A DNA stretch of 63,875 bases, the filler included, from Octopus bimaculoides (Eukaryota): the NCBI RefSeq assembly GCF_001194135.2. It is 5 parts of 4 records of this genome, joined end to end, with 100 filler letters (N's around TTAATTAATTAA, not from the genome) between each part and the next. Parts side by side here need not be neighbours in the genome. Positions count along the whole stretch, not along the records: positions 28,671 to 53,695 come from NC_068997.1; positions 53,796 to 58,510 come from NC_068982.1; positions 58,611 to 62,428 come from NC_068986.1; positions 62,529 to 63,875 come from NW_026310531.1; 1 more part is not named here. The stretch is one strand, 5' to 3'. The position numbers were made by a program, and so were the translations under genes. Positions 52,396 through 63,875 of this stretch are shown here, piece by piece. The notes under the pieces were generated by a model, which saw nothing but the letters and a program-made list of their open reading frames with translations, was not told the DNA's origin and made no database searches. Positions within the stretch are counted from its first letter, which is position 1, and each line of letters starts with the position of its first letter.

Positions 52396-53309
52396 AACCG
52401 ATACACTTGTACATGTGAAATTATCCGCAAATATATTACTCAGCCTGATAGTATAGAAGAAATCACTTGCCCTAAATACTCTGCATTGCTGTATTAATCA
52501 GAATCGGGTATTTGAGATGAGAACATTTTATTGACATAGCTACTTCTGGGAATCAAATGTTATTGGGAAGAACGCATGCTTCAGATCATTCTTACAGATT
52601 ATTTAAAGCACATGCCTATGTTTTTAGAAATTATTTCTACTGACAATTTTGGCTTTCCTTTTGTCATTATAAATCCATGCCTTAATAGAAACTTATGTTT
52701 GCATACTTCAAATTGGTGCCTTGAACGCTTCAGCGTCTTGAAAAATATATTCCAGTTTAAAACAAAACGAAAAGGAATCACAAGTATTAGGTATGCAGCT
52801 CGCAATCCATTCAGATTTAAATGATAAGAAATGCCAGCAGAGGAAAAACAAATTATAATTTATTGATGAAATTGATTGATTTCTTCATTCAAATGCACAA
52901 ACAAAACAACATTTACGCTTCTGTGCATGAAGTGACTATATAATTTTGAGCTAAGCATTTACTTACCGGTAGAAATGAAGTAATTTTTTGTTTTCAGTGT
53001 CCTTGGTTAATACAACGAAATGAAATATTAACTCACACTACGAACATGACAAATAAATCTAGTGGAATTTCTATTCACATCCCACGTGGATATGGTTTAA
53101 TGGACCATGAAATTGCAGTTCAGTTGTTATGAACTAAGAGATAAATATAGCCGGAGCTTTATAATGTACATTAAATACAAAATAAAACTCATAAATATGC
53201 TAGAAATCAGAATATGTTTTCATTGCTTCCGTTATACTGTCTGAATTAAGATATGAAAATTATACATACAAAAGCAGAATACTTTAACTTACTATGAATA
53301 TTCTTTTCT

Positions 53310-53510
53310 CATCTAGAAAGAAGGCCAAACATTTTGGAGGAAGGGGCCAGTTGATTAGATCGACACCAGTATGCAACTATCACCTAATTTATCGAAAAGG
53401 ATGAAAGGCAAAGTCGATCTCGGCAGAATTTGAACATGGAACGTAAAGACAGACGAAATACCGGTAAGCATTTCGCTCGGCGTGCTAACGTTTCTGCCAG
53501 ATCGCTGCCT
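53310..53510 (-). mobile_element. Meta-domain-like SINE
   Basis: Family consensus. Confidence 0.7.
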
Positions 53511-53661
53511 TAATCACTATAAATATTTAAAACCTAGAGGAAATGATTATTATGCAGTATATTTTGTGGTAAAGGATGTATGTATGGGCATATGTATGTA
53601 TTATGCATTATGTATACATGAGTGTATGGACGTGTGTATGAATGCATGTATATATATATAT

Positions 53662-53695
<34 letters not shown>

Positions 53696-53830
53696 NNNNN
53701 NNNNNNNNNNNNNNNNNNNNNNNNNNNNNNNNNNNNNNNTTAATTAATTAANNNNNNNNNNNNNNNNNNNNNNNNNNNNNNNNNNNNNNNNNNNNAATTT
53801 ATTTAAAAGCAGCAGAAATATAACAAAAAA

Positions 53831-53868
53831 CTGTTACTCGGAGTTTCACGTTCCCGTTCATCGGAAAG
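53831..53868 (-). ncRNA. Minimal hammerhead-like motif with variant core CCGAUGA
   Basis: CUUU-CCGAUGA-ACG[GGAA]CGU-GAA-ACUC[C]GAGU-A-ACAG; stem I has one mismatch. Confidence 0.35.
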
Positions 53869-53947
53869 TTTTTCCGGTATATATATATATATACTTTTGT
53901 TATTTACACCACCTGTCCTCGTCTGTTGTTATTATTTGTATATTCTC

Positions 53948-53981
<34 letters not shown>

Positions 53982-54205
53982 TTCAGTCAATTCAAGGATG
54001 TCTTATCCTCCTAAGGGATTAACATTAATATATCCAAAATTTCTCTGGTTTAATCCCCAACACGCTCGAAGGAAGTCACCACGATATGCATGGGATTATT
54101 ATAAGTAATATTTAATAAAAAGGCGAGAAAATAGAGAGTTGGTAAGGATATAAATTAATTTATTAACATAGTTCCAAGGTAAAAACCGAATACAAATAAA
54201 TTTTA

Positions 54206-54317
54206 AAAACCTACGTACGTTTCGACTCCAGCCTATAAAGAAGTGCATAATTTCAAGGGTTGGATTAAATCCAGTGATGAGAATTATCATTTAGGGTAGA
54301 ATCACTTCAGGGGTTTT
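54206..54317 (-). ncRNA. Hammerhead-like motif with a long stem II insertion
   Basis: AAAACC(C)-CUGAAGU-GAUUC[long loop]GAGUC-GAA-ACGUACGU-A-GGUUUU; core position A9 is U. Confidence 0.4.
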
Positions 54318-54539
54318 GATTTTTTTTTTTTTTTAAATGGTGAAGGTTACATGCTTATGGAAGGGATTAAATTAGTATACTAGGGAAGTAAAAATATTTG
54401 TCTTATATATAGAGTGTTTGTATATGCTGAGAATATCATACAAATAAAGAAAACATATATAAATATATAAAAATAAAAATAAAAAATAATAAAAACTAAA
54501 AAAAAAATAGCAAAAATAACAAAAATAAAGATGTATTAT

Positions 54540-54928
54540 TTTTTTTTGTTGGCATTCCGTCGCTTACGATGTCGAGGGTTCAAGTTGATCCGATCAACGG
54601 AACAGCCTGCTCGTGAAATTAACGTGCAAGTGGCTGAGCACTCCACAGACACATGTACCCTTAACATAGTTCTCGGGGATATTCAGCGTGACACAGTGTG
54701 ACAAGGCTGACCCTTTGAATTACAGGTACAACAGAAACAGGACGAAAGAGTGAGAGAAAGTTGTGGTGGAAGAGTACAGCAGAGTTCGCCACCATCCCCT
54801 GATGGAGCCTCGTGGAGCTTTAGGTGTTTTCGCTCAATAAACACTCACAACGCCCGGTCTGGGAATCGAAACCGCGATCCTATGACCGCGAGTCTGCTGC
54901 CCTAATCACTGGGCCATTGCGCCTCCAC
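54540..54928 (-). mobile_element. Young full-length tRNA(Arg-like) SINE with a 13-bp TSD
   Basis: AAAGATGTATTAT at 54527-54539 and 54929-54941; intact A and B boxes. Confidence 0.9.
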
Positions 54929-55311
54929 AAAGATGTATTATAATCGCAAAGCTAAAATAAGAAAACATAAAAATAAATAGTAATAAATATGTAATACAAA
55001 AAATAAATAAATAAAACCGTTATCTATTCAAATTACTATTGGTTTACATAGCCAATGTAAATTACTGACCAAAGTGACGGTAGCCATAAAGTCCTATCGA
55101 ATCAAATTTATTCATTCATGCATATTAGTATGTAATCAAATTTGAATTGTATAGCCGTTAAGAAATGCATCATTTCATATCTATATATGTGTATACTCAT
55201 ATAGACTATTAGCGTATGTATGTGTTTGTTTATATTACGGCTATATGTAGTTGCGTATAAGTGTATTTGTCTTTATATATGTGAAAATATACTTATATAT
55301 ATGACATTCTA

Positions 55312-55438
55312 CAGGGTGTCCACAAAATCTGGGTACCTGGAGTAAATAAAATCATAACATAAACAATGAAATATAAGAAATAATGATTTCTTAAAGTATG
55401 TGTTAATCCCCATGTACCCAGACTTTGTGGACACACTG
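55312..55438. mobile_element. Tc1/mariner-type MITE of about 127 bp
   Basis: TA|CAGGGTGTCCACAAAATCTGGGTAC ... GTACCCAGACTTTGTGGACACACTG|TA; TIRs of about 25 bp and TA TSD. Confidence 0.85.
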
Positions 55439-55839
55439 TATAATTTAATAAAGTAAAGAAATAAAATTAAAAAGACAATAATCCTTAGTTTTTTCAATTT
55501 ATTATAGAAATTAAAGTTAGTTATTTTTTTATTACATTGATTAACTTTAACTGTAATCACCGCTTAACAACCGGAGTTGGATTATTTACGTTCCTGTAGA
55601 ATAGCAGTTTGGCAGCAGAGGTTCGCTACAATAAGACCTGGGTTTAAAAAGATAAGTGCTGGCGTCAGTTTGCTCGACTAAACCCTTCAAATATTGCCGC
55701 AGTCCAGATAAAAGGTGAAGTCATTAGAAATTTGAATGAAGTGGTGCAGCATTAAATATGTGTTAGGTTAACTCATTGCTAAAAATGTTAGGGTCGTTTA
55801 CAACACTGTTTGTTGCATATTAATATTTGTTGCTGCTAA

Positions 55840-56290
55840 AGCGAGGAACTGGCAGAACCGTTAGCACGCCGGGCAAAATGCTTAGCGGCATTTCGTCAGT
55901 CTTTGAGTTCTGAGTTCAAATTCCGTCGAGGTTGATTTTTGCCTTTCGTCGTTTGGGGTTGATAAAATAAGTACCAAAAAAAAAAAAACACTGGGGTCGA
56001 TGTAATCGACCTACCCTCTTCCTCGAAATTGCTGGACTTCTGCTAAAATTTGAAATCAATAGCTGTTGCTTCTAAGGCGGACAGCTGGCGGAATCATTAC
56101 TGCGTTGGAAAATGCTTAGCAGCATTTCTTCCGACTTTATATTCAGAGCTCAAATGCCGCTGGGGTCGACTTTGCCTTTCATCCTTTCATGGTCGATAAA
56201 ATAAAGTAGCAGTTAAACACTGCAGTCAATGTATTCAGCTAAACCACTCCCACAAAATTGCTGACCTTGTGCCAGAATTCGAAGTCAGTA
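55840..56290 (+). mobile_element. Two tandem Meta-domain-like SINE copies
   Basis: Heads at about 55840 and 56075, each with the GCCTTTC(A/G)TC...GATAAAATAA(G)TA(C/G)CA block. Confidence 0.7.
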
Positions 56291-56532
56291 TCTGTTACTT
56301 CTGTACATGCTCATATGAACTAAATAAGAGAAGTATAGTTCATTAAATTGTCTCCAGTGTATTGACAGAATATTTTAGCATTCTATCGACCACAGAAAAA
56401 TAAATGTTACAAAAATAAATTAACACGAGCTTGCATATCATCGGCCAGGTCTGTAGTAAATTCTCTTTATAAAATAGATCTTTGAAGTAACTTTTCATCT
56501 AAATGTTTTGTTCAAACACGCACACACACACG

Positions 56533-56568
<36 letters not shown>

Positions 56569-56569
56569 T

Positions 56570-56745
56570 TTTATTTGCTTCAGTCATTTGACTGCGGCCA
56601 TGCTGGAGCACCGCTTTTTAGTCGAACAAATCGACCCCAGGACTGATTCTTTGTAAGCCTAGTACTTATTCTATCGGTCTCTTTTTCCGAACCGCTAGGT
56701 TACGGAGACGTGAACACACCAACATCGCTTGTCAAGCGATGTATA
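56570..56745 (-). mobile_element. CORE-like SINE 3' tail
   Basis: TTTCAGTCATTTGACTGCGGCCATGCTGGAGCACCGC...CTTGTCAAGCGATG. Confidence 0.75.
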
Positions 56746-56757
56746 TATATATATGTG

Positions 56758-56789
<32 letters not shown>

Positions 56790-56829
56790 GTATGTTTGTA
56801 TCTTTTATATCCTCTCATACCTTTTTCAT

Positions 56830-57960
56830 AATGCTGGTAATTTTTATAAAAAAATGTTTTTCAATGATCTTTTATATAGGTTTACTCTATATTTAAAGGA
56901 ATACTTACTCTATTTTTTAGCTTTTAATCTTGTAATCTTCAACAAATAGATACAAGTCCATACAGGTTTAGCTTTTATTTCCACTTGTACTCTATTATAC
57001 ATTTAGTACACTTCTAATTTAATTACCCCTTACAATCGATTCTATATTTTAGATATCTTATACTTACCCACCTGTAATAAAGATAATTATCCTGCTTTTG
57101 GCTTAATATAAACTATGTACTCCTACTCAGATGATAATTTAATTTACTTATAAATTCATTGTGGAATAGTTTTATCGTGACCACCTTAGCAATATGCTTA
57201 GGAAAGGCCTAAATTTTCAATATATTAAATTGGCTAAATTATGATACACCTGATAAACTCTAGGTTCTAATTCCCACGCTTAGTACTTATTTTGATGTCT
57301 TTTATTTTCCGCTTTAATCCATTTTTTTATTTGACAATCCAAATATCTACTAGCCACCCACCCCCCGTCCTTCTTCCTTCTAGTTATCACCTTTTCTCCA
57401 GCAGCTATTCTCTTACTAGCTGTTGTTGGCACTCCGTCGCTTGCGATGTCGAGGGTTCCAGTTGATCCGATCAACGGAACAGCCTGCTCGTGAAATTAAC
57501 GTGCAAGTGGCTGAGCACTCCACAGACACATGTACCCTTAACGTAGTTCTCGGAGATATTCAGCGTGACACAGTGTGACAAGGCTGACCCCTTGAATTAC
57601 AGGCACAACAGAAGCAGGAAGAAAGAGTGAGAGAAAGTTGTGGTGAAAGAGTACAGCAGGGTTCGCCACCATCCCCTGCTGGAGCTTCGTGGAGCTTTAG
57701 GTGTTTTCGCTCAATAAACACTCACAACGCCCGGTCTGGGAATCGAAACCGCGATCCTACGACCGCGAGTCCGCTGCCCTAACCACTGGGTCATTGCGCC
57801 TCCACTTGTTACTAGCAGCCCTGAGACATATCCTTTTATGTAGATAAAACTAGATATATGGTCCCAGTAAAATAAGGGTCGGAGAGAGTATCTGACATTA
57901 ATTAATTTATCACCATTAACTGGAACTTAAATGTCAACTCCAATAGATTTAACTCTATAT
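56830..57960 (-). mobile_element. Highly degraded Penelope-like element, interrupted by a SINE
   Basis: Scattered PLE-like peptides on the minus strand (FPKH...TIKL; KAKP..C.L.VE.YKI; NL.KRS...QH) in AT-rich sequence. Confidence 0.4.
57421..57805 (-). mobile_element. Young full-length tRNA(Arg-like) SINE with an 8-bp TSD
   Basis: TTACTAGC at 57413-57420 and 57809-57816; very similar to 54540-54928. Confidence 0.9.
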
Positions 57961-58325
57961 ATAAGCTTGCTTCCCAGCCACATGGTTCCAGGTTCAGTCC
58001 CACTGCGTGGCACCTTGGGCAAGTGTCTTCTACTATAGCCTCAGGCCGACCAATGCCTTGTGAGTGGATTTAATAGACGGAAACTGAAGGAAGCCCGTTG
58101 TATATATGTATATATGTATGTATTTGTGTGTCTATGTTTGTCCCCTCACCTTCGCTTGACAACCGATGTTCGTGTGTTTACGTCCCCGTAACTTAGTGGG
58201 TCGGCGAAAGAGACCAATAGAATAAGTACTAGGTTTACAAAGAATAAGTCCTGGGGTCGACTTGTTCGACTAAAAGCGGTGCTCCATCATGGCCGCAATC
58301 AAATGGCTGATATAAGTAAAAGAAT
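57960..58325 (+). mobile_element. Young CORE-like SINE
   Basis: Near-consensus with CpGs retained. Confidence 0.8.
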
Positions 58326-58357
58326 GAAAGAATATATATATACATATATATATATAC

Positions 58358-58406
<49 letters not shown>

Positions 58407-58441
58407 CCTGTAAAAATATGTGACACTTATTCGGTAGCCCT

Positions 58442-58502
58442 GATAAAACTCCGAGTTTCGGATGCCGGAGTAGGAACCCACGCCAACATCTCTTCAGTTA
58501 TC
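58442..58502 (-). ncRNA. Minimal type I hammerhead ribozyme motif, intact core
   Basis: GAUAA-CUGAAGA-GAUGUUGG[14 nt]CCGGCAUC-C-GAA-ACUC[G]GAGU-U-UUAUC: 5-bp stem I, 8-bp stem II, 4-bp stem III. Confidence 0.6.
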
Positions 58503-58610
58503 CGTCCATTNNNNNNNNNNNNNNNNNNNNNNNNNNNNNNNNNNNNNNNNNNNNTTAATTAATTAANNNNNNNNNNNNNNNNNNNNNNNNNNNNNNNNNN
58601 NNNNNNNNNN

Positions 58611-58675
<65 letters not shown>

Positions 58676-59039
58676 TATATATGTTCTGAATAATCCTCCA
58701 GTCTGCTATAATCCATGAATACGTATAAAACATCTAAAGGTATATTTTTCCCCTCTGACGATATTATGCTCAGGTCATATAAATTTAATATTTACTTAAT
58801 ATTTACTGAGTATTAACTGAAACAGCTGTAAGGGATGATGATTAATTTACTGTTGATAATAAACAATCATTAACTTCCCAATCTCCATTTTCTTTCTCTT
58901 TCTATACACACACAGACACACACATACACACATATATACTTACGGAAGTTAACTTGCAGTTAAACAAAAGAAAACTGAAGCAACATCGTTAGTAACAGCA
59001 TCTTACTTTGCTGCAATTTGTTTTTCATACTGCCTCACC

Positions 59040-59330
59040 TTGTTCCTCACATTCAAGGCAACTCTGTATGTCCAGATTGTATCTGGTCATTTCTTTAACG
59101 ACTTTAGTCAGTCTTCCGGTTTGATATAAAGTGCGAATAGAGACATATTTGTAGTTTGTTTGACACGCAAAACTTGGTTAGTTAAGATTCAGATATTCAT
59201 TCGGCTTTGATCCAGACCCATCACTTTCAATCCATGTTGAATAAGTTCCTCGCTTCCATATCAGATTTTGTTCAAGATTTAGAATGTTCATAGTGGTTTA
59301 CTTGGTGAGTGAGTGCCGGTGTGGGGTTCT
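59040..59330 (-). mobile_element. Old RTE LINE 5' (endonuclease start) remnant
   Basis: SIRTLYQTGRLTKVVKEMTRYNLDI matches the RTE APE N-terminus (NVRTLYQTGKL..V..EM.RY.LDI). Confidence 0.65.
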
Positions 59331-60078
59331 ATCTCCTTTCTCAACCTGGTTTAGAAAAGGCTATGGCGAAGTTAGTACAGTCATTTAGAGAATAGGGTAG
59401 AGCCAATTCTATCGATTCCCTCATATGACTGATACATTTACGTATTGGTCCCTGAGGTAGAGGTAAAGAATAACTGTTTTCTGACCAAAGGGAAATTAGT
59501 AACTTATCGTTATTTATAACGTATACGAACAAGGGCTCAGCTAAACTTGTAAGCCTAATTTGCATAAACCGTGCATGTATTGGATCAATTGATTCTTGAA
59601 TGATGCAATTATACAGAAAAGTTTTGAGGTAACTTGAAATATAATCTGTATCTTTGCAAATAAATGAAAATTAAAACTCGTTGAGGAAAATATAGAAGTG
59701 ATTATACAAGAAAAAGCGGTCAAATTTGAACAAAGATTAGCATCTTACTATCTTCAAAAACTTTGGACATATAGAATAATGTAGTGAAATGGATATAATG
59801 CTTGAGAAAAAGATATGATGATGGCTAAAATATTCTTCATCATAAGTCTACTCGATTAGAGATGATCATGAATTAAACAACTACGGCAGCAACAAAAGCA
59901 ACAACAGTAAGGGTAGTAATAATAACAACGCCAGCAGAAGGAACCGCAGTCTGACAATGGTCTAATAGAACTAGAAAATTATAAGATTTATCCCATAATA
60001 TTCTGCCTATGAAAAAATAAAGCCTGTGGTACGTTTCTCACAGTGCGATTAAAACTGTGTTTGTTAATACATACACAC

Positions 60079-60125
<47 letters not shown>

Positions 60126-60316
60126 TATATATTTATAAATGAGATAAAAATAAATACAGTGTACTAATATTTCAATGCAGAACGACACAAAACTTTTGAA
60201 AGGAACTTTCCATATTTTGTGAAATTGCCTGTTTACAGCTTTTCAAACACACGTGTTATGAAGTAACCTCTACATAGAAAGTTTGGTAGCTGTGTTGAAA
60301 GATAGAGAGAAGAGTG

Positions 60317-60418
<102 letters not shown>

Positions 60419-60660
60419 AGGATAGTGAGAGTGGGAGATATGTAGACTGATAGAGAGACTAACAGAGTGATGCGTAGATAGAATCACTCGATAACTAGAT
60501 ATACACATACGCACGCACACATATACACATAAAAATGCGCAGCTAGGGATATAGACGTATATAAGCCTATACTTACGCACTTTGAAAGGCAGATAAACAG
60601 ATAAGATATGCATATATAAATAGATAGATAAATAGATGATAGAAAGATATATAAACAGAC

Positions 60661-60724
<64 letters not shown>

Positions 60725-61320
60725 GATAGAAAGATAGATAAATAGATAGATAGATATTCACAATATATAAATAAAACAATATATGCTAATATGATTATGC
60801 AGCCACATTGTTAATATAACAGTAAAAGAGACAGATAGACAGTTCAGGAAGACGACAGATACATATAAGTAAGAAAAAAAAATCCAAATCAAAATGTCAA
60901 TAGAGAGATAGTTAAAATGGCGAGAAGCAGATAGTAAAATAGATAGACAGAAGGAGAAGACAGGGTTAATATTCTTTAGTATTTGACTATTTGCTGTTTG
61001 TTTTACGGGTTCGAGTGTAGTTTTTTGTATCTAGCTTCTATGTATTTTTATTCTTTCCCTATATATTGAAAACCTTTCAAAAGATCTTATGAATAAACAA
61101 ATATATATATAAATAAATAATGGCAGAAATATAGACAAAAAACAAGAGATGAAAGAAGATGTGAGCAAAAATGTTTTATAAACGAAAAATTTTCAACGTA
61201 ACTATGTAAAATAAAATAATTGCGAAAAATAAGTGCTTTATAAAATATGAATATATAAATAATTGAATAATAACGTTTTGCTGAATAACGAGGAAAACGC
61301 GCGTATAAATGTGTGTGTGT

Positions 61321-61369
<49 letters not shown>

Positions 61370-61841
61370 CACACATATATANNNNNNNNNNNNNNNNNNN
61401 NNNNNNNNNNNNNNNNNNNNNNNNNNNNNNNNNNNNNNNNNNNNNNNNNNNNNNNNNNNNNNNNNNNNNNNNNNNNNNNNNNNNNNNNNNNNNNNNNNNN
61501 NNNNNNNNNNNNNNNNNNNNNNNNNNNNNNNNNNNNNNNNNNNNNNNNNNNNNNNNNNNNNNNNNNNNNNNNNNNNNNNNNNNNNNNNNNNNNNNNNNNN
61601 NNNNNNNNNNNNNNNNNNNNNNNNNNNNNNNNNNNNNNNNNNNNNNNNNNNNNNNNNNNNNNNNNNNNNNNNNNNNNNNNNNNNNNNNNNNNNNNNNNNN
61701 NNNNNNNNNNNNNNNNNNTATATATACATATATATAAAGATAAAACTTACTTGGAAAAGGATGCGTCGCGTTCGATCATATAATAATATAAATAATATAG
61801 ATATATGCATATACACAGACATATATGTACATATGCATGTA

Positions 61842-61883
<42 letters not shown>

Positions 61884-62117
61884 TTACACAGATACAGCAC
61901 ACACACATACACAGACACACACTGTAGATAAGCAATTAAGCATATAAGATCGAGAAATTATACCAAAAGCTGGAGAGAAATAATGACATTATAAACCAAC
62001 AAATTTTGTAAATATATACCTATGTATTATACACTCGCACAAGCATATCCGAACACAAATATACACATACGTACGCGTATAAATATGTGTGTGTGTATGT
62101 GTGTGCGTGTATGTATA

Positions 62118-62158
<41 letters not shown>

Positions 62159-62529
62159 GTGTGCGCGTGTGTGTGTCTGTATGACTGTATACGTACGGAC
62201 TGGAATAAATACGTAAAATAGAGTAGAATTAAAAATAAAAGTGGAAGGTACAAGGAATTACACACGCATACACATTCACGCTCATACGCTCACGCACACA
62301 CACACACACATACATCAGAATCAAGAATCAAACAACAAAGAACGACAAGTGACGAGATTAAAAGCAAATACAAAACACGCATTTACGCAAAAACATGCAT
62401 ATGTATGCATGTACATATATATATATATNNNNNNNNNNNNNNNNNNNNNNNNNNNNNNNNNNNNNNNNNNNNTTAATTAATTAANNNNNNNNNNNNNNNN
62501 NNNNNNNNNNNNNNNNNNNNNNNNNNNNA

Positions 62530-62690
62530 ATGCTCAGCGGTATTTCGTCCGTTCCTCCGTTCTGAGCTCAAATTCATCGTTTTTCGGGTCGATAAATTAA
62601 GTACCAGTGAAAAACTGGGGTCGATGTAATCGACTCATCCCCCACCTCCCCCAAGCTGCCCTTGTGGCAAACATTTGAAATAGTACTAAT
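62530..62690 (+). mobile_element. Meta-domain-like SINE, partial
   Basis: CGGGGTCGATAAATTAAGTACCAG-like block and GGGGTCGATGTAATCGACT. Confidence 0.65.
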
Positions 62691-63031
62691 TATTATTATA
62701 TTTTGGAGACCGGAGATTGAATTCAAACACGGAACCTACAAAACCAGAAAACATTCTACCAAATGCTTTATTCTACCAATACACTACCTGGAATTTTACT
62801 CTATTTATCGACCCCGAACTGATAAAAGGCATAAGTGACCGAAGTGACGGATTAAAATATTTAACTCATCAAATTATAAGGAATATTCTGAAGTCAATGA
62901 TTTTACTCAATTGAATATTGTGGACTGTTATATATTATATGTTCGGGTATTAGCACCAATAACTATAGTAACTGCAACAAAGTATATATAGCAATCTCCT
63001 CTATAAAAAATCCTCTGTAAAATCAAAAGAT

Positions 63032-63104
63032 AGGTTCCAGCGAGTTTCGAACTCACGACCTTCTGCGTGTTATGCAGATGTGATAACCACTACACCATGG
63101 AACC
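63032..63104 (-). tRNA. tRNA-Val(AAC)-like gene, copy 1 (best cloverleaf; A32, U73)
   Basis: GGTTCCA TG GTG TAGTGGTTAT CAC A TCTGC ATAACAC GCAGA AGGTC GTGAG TTCGAAA CTCGC TGGAACC T; T4 run just downstream. Confidence 0.7.
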
Positions 63105-63389
63105 AGTTGTTAGTGACTGCGTCAAATATTGGTTTATCATTCACGATTTGTATCTAATACTGAATTTAATGTTGAATTCCTTTTCAAAACACAATGGAGT
63201 ATCAGAAACTGTGAATTACCAAAAAGTATTTAAGGCTTCGAATCCTGCTGAAGCTCACTTTCCATTTAATTTAGACAAAATCGGGGTCGGAGAATTAGTA
63301 CCAATGACTATAGTAACTGCAACAAACTAAATATAGCAATCTCCTCTATAAAAAAATCCTGTGTAAAATCAAAAGAGAAAAAAAATGAT

Positions 63390-63462
63390 AGGTTCCAGCG
63401 AGTTTCGAACTCACGACCTTTTGCGTGTTTAGCAGATGTGATAACCACTACGCCATGGAATC
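63390..63462 (-). pseudogene. tRNA-Val(AAC)-like copy 2, probably a pseudogene
   Basis: G2>A acceptor mismatch, D-stem mismatch, A33, anticodon-stem mismatch; T8 terminator. Confidence 0.7.
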
Positions 63463-63747
63463 TGTTGTTACTGACACCGTCAAACATTGTTTTATCATTC
63501 ACGATTTGTTTCTAATGCTGAATTTAATGTTGAATTCCTTTTCAAGACACAATGGTCTATCAGAAACTGTGAATTACCAAAAAGTATTTAGGGTTTCGAA
63601 TCTTGCTGCAGTTCACTTTCCGTTTAATTTAGACAAAATCGGAGTGGGAGAATTAGCACCAATAACTGTAATAAATGGAACAAACTAAATATAGCAATCT
63701 CCTCTATAAAAAATACCTGTGAAAAATCAAAAGAGAAAACAAATGAT

Positions 63748-63819
63748 AGGTTCCGGCGAGTTTCGAACACACGACTTCTGCGCGTTAAGTAGATGTGATA
63801 ACCACTACACCATGGAACC
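63748..63819 (-). pseudogene. tRNA-Val(AAC)-like copy 3, probably a pseudogene
   Basis: Loop TTAACGC (G37), A.C mismatch in the anticodon stem, 1-nt deletion in the variable loop, T-stem and acceptor mismatches. Confidence 0.7.
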
Positions 63820-63875
63820 AGTTATAAGAGACACCGTCAAATATTGTTTTATCATTCACGAGTTGTATCTAATGC

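Larger units (their letters stand above)
62945..63875 (-). repeat. Tandem array, 358-bp unit, each unit containing a tRNA-Val-like gene; runs off the window end
   Basis: tRNA 3' ends at 63033, 63391 and 63749; spacers align throughout with scattered substitutions. Confidence 0.92.

Noticed and set aside
63228-63256. GGCTTCGAATCCTGCTG in the tRNA-array spacer as a second tRNA remnant
   Set aside because: Only a B-box-like fragment, degenerate in the next unit; no cloverleaf.

Overview
Repeat-saturated animal genomic DNA. An octopus-type coleoid cephalopod is inferred from the repeat families; this is not proven. It contains many N gaps and four artificial N-TTAATTAATTAA-N linkers (about 28.6, 53.7, 58.6 and 62.5 kb), so it is really five joined pieces. 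The only host gene I recognise with confidence is the 3' end of Rab21 (exons 193-281 and 2244-2359, + strand). Most remaining sequence is tRNA-derived SINEs of several modular families, RTE LINE fragments and tails, Penelope-like element (PLE) remnants, mariner/maT DNA transposon remnants and very long microsatellites; nearly all ORF-track entries are microsatellite or gap artefacts. Two things stand out. (1) Six minimal type I hammerhead-ribozyme folds from about five different short repeat families; one family fuses a tRNA-derived Pol III head, an (AAT)n linker and a hammerhead, i.e. a candidate ribozyme-bearing, PLE-associated SINE reminiscent of schistosome SM-alpha. (2) A 358-bp tandem array of tRNA-Val(AAC)-like genes at the right end, all with U73 and copy-specific lesions. 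Weaker candidates include orphan exons, among them a CUB-domain-like exon apparently interrupted by a SINE.
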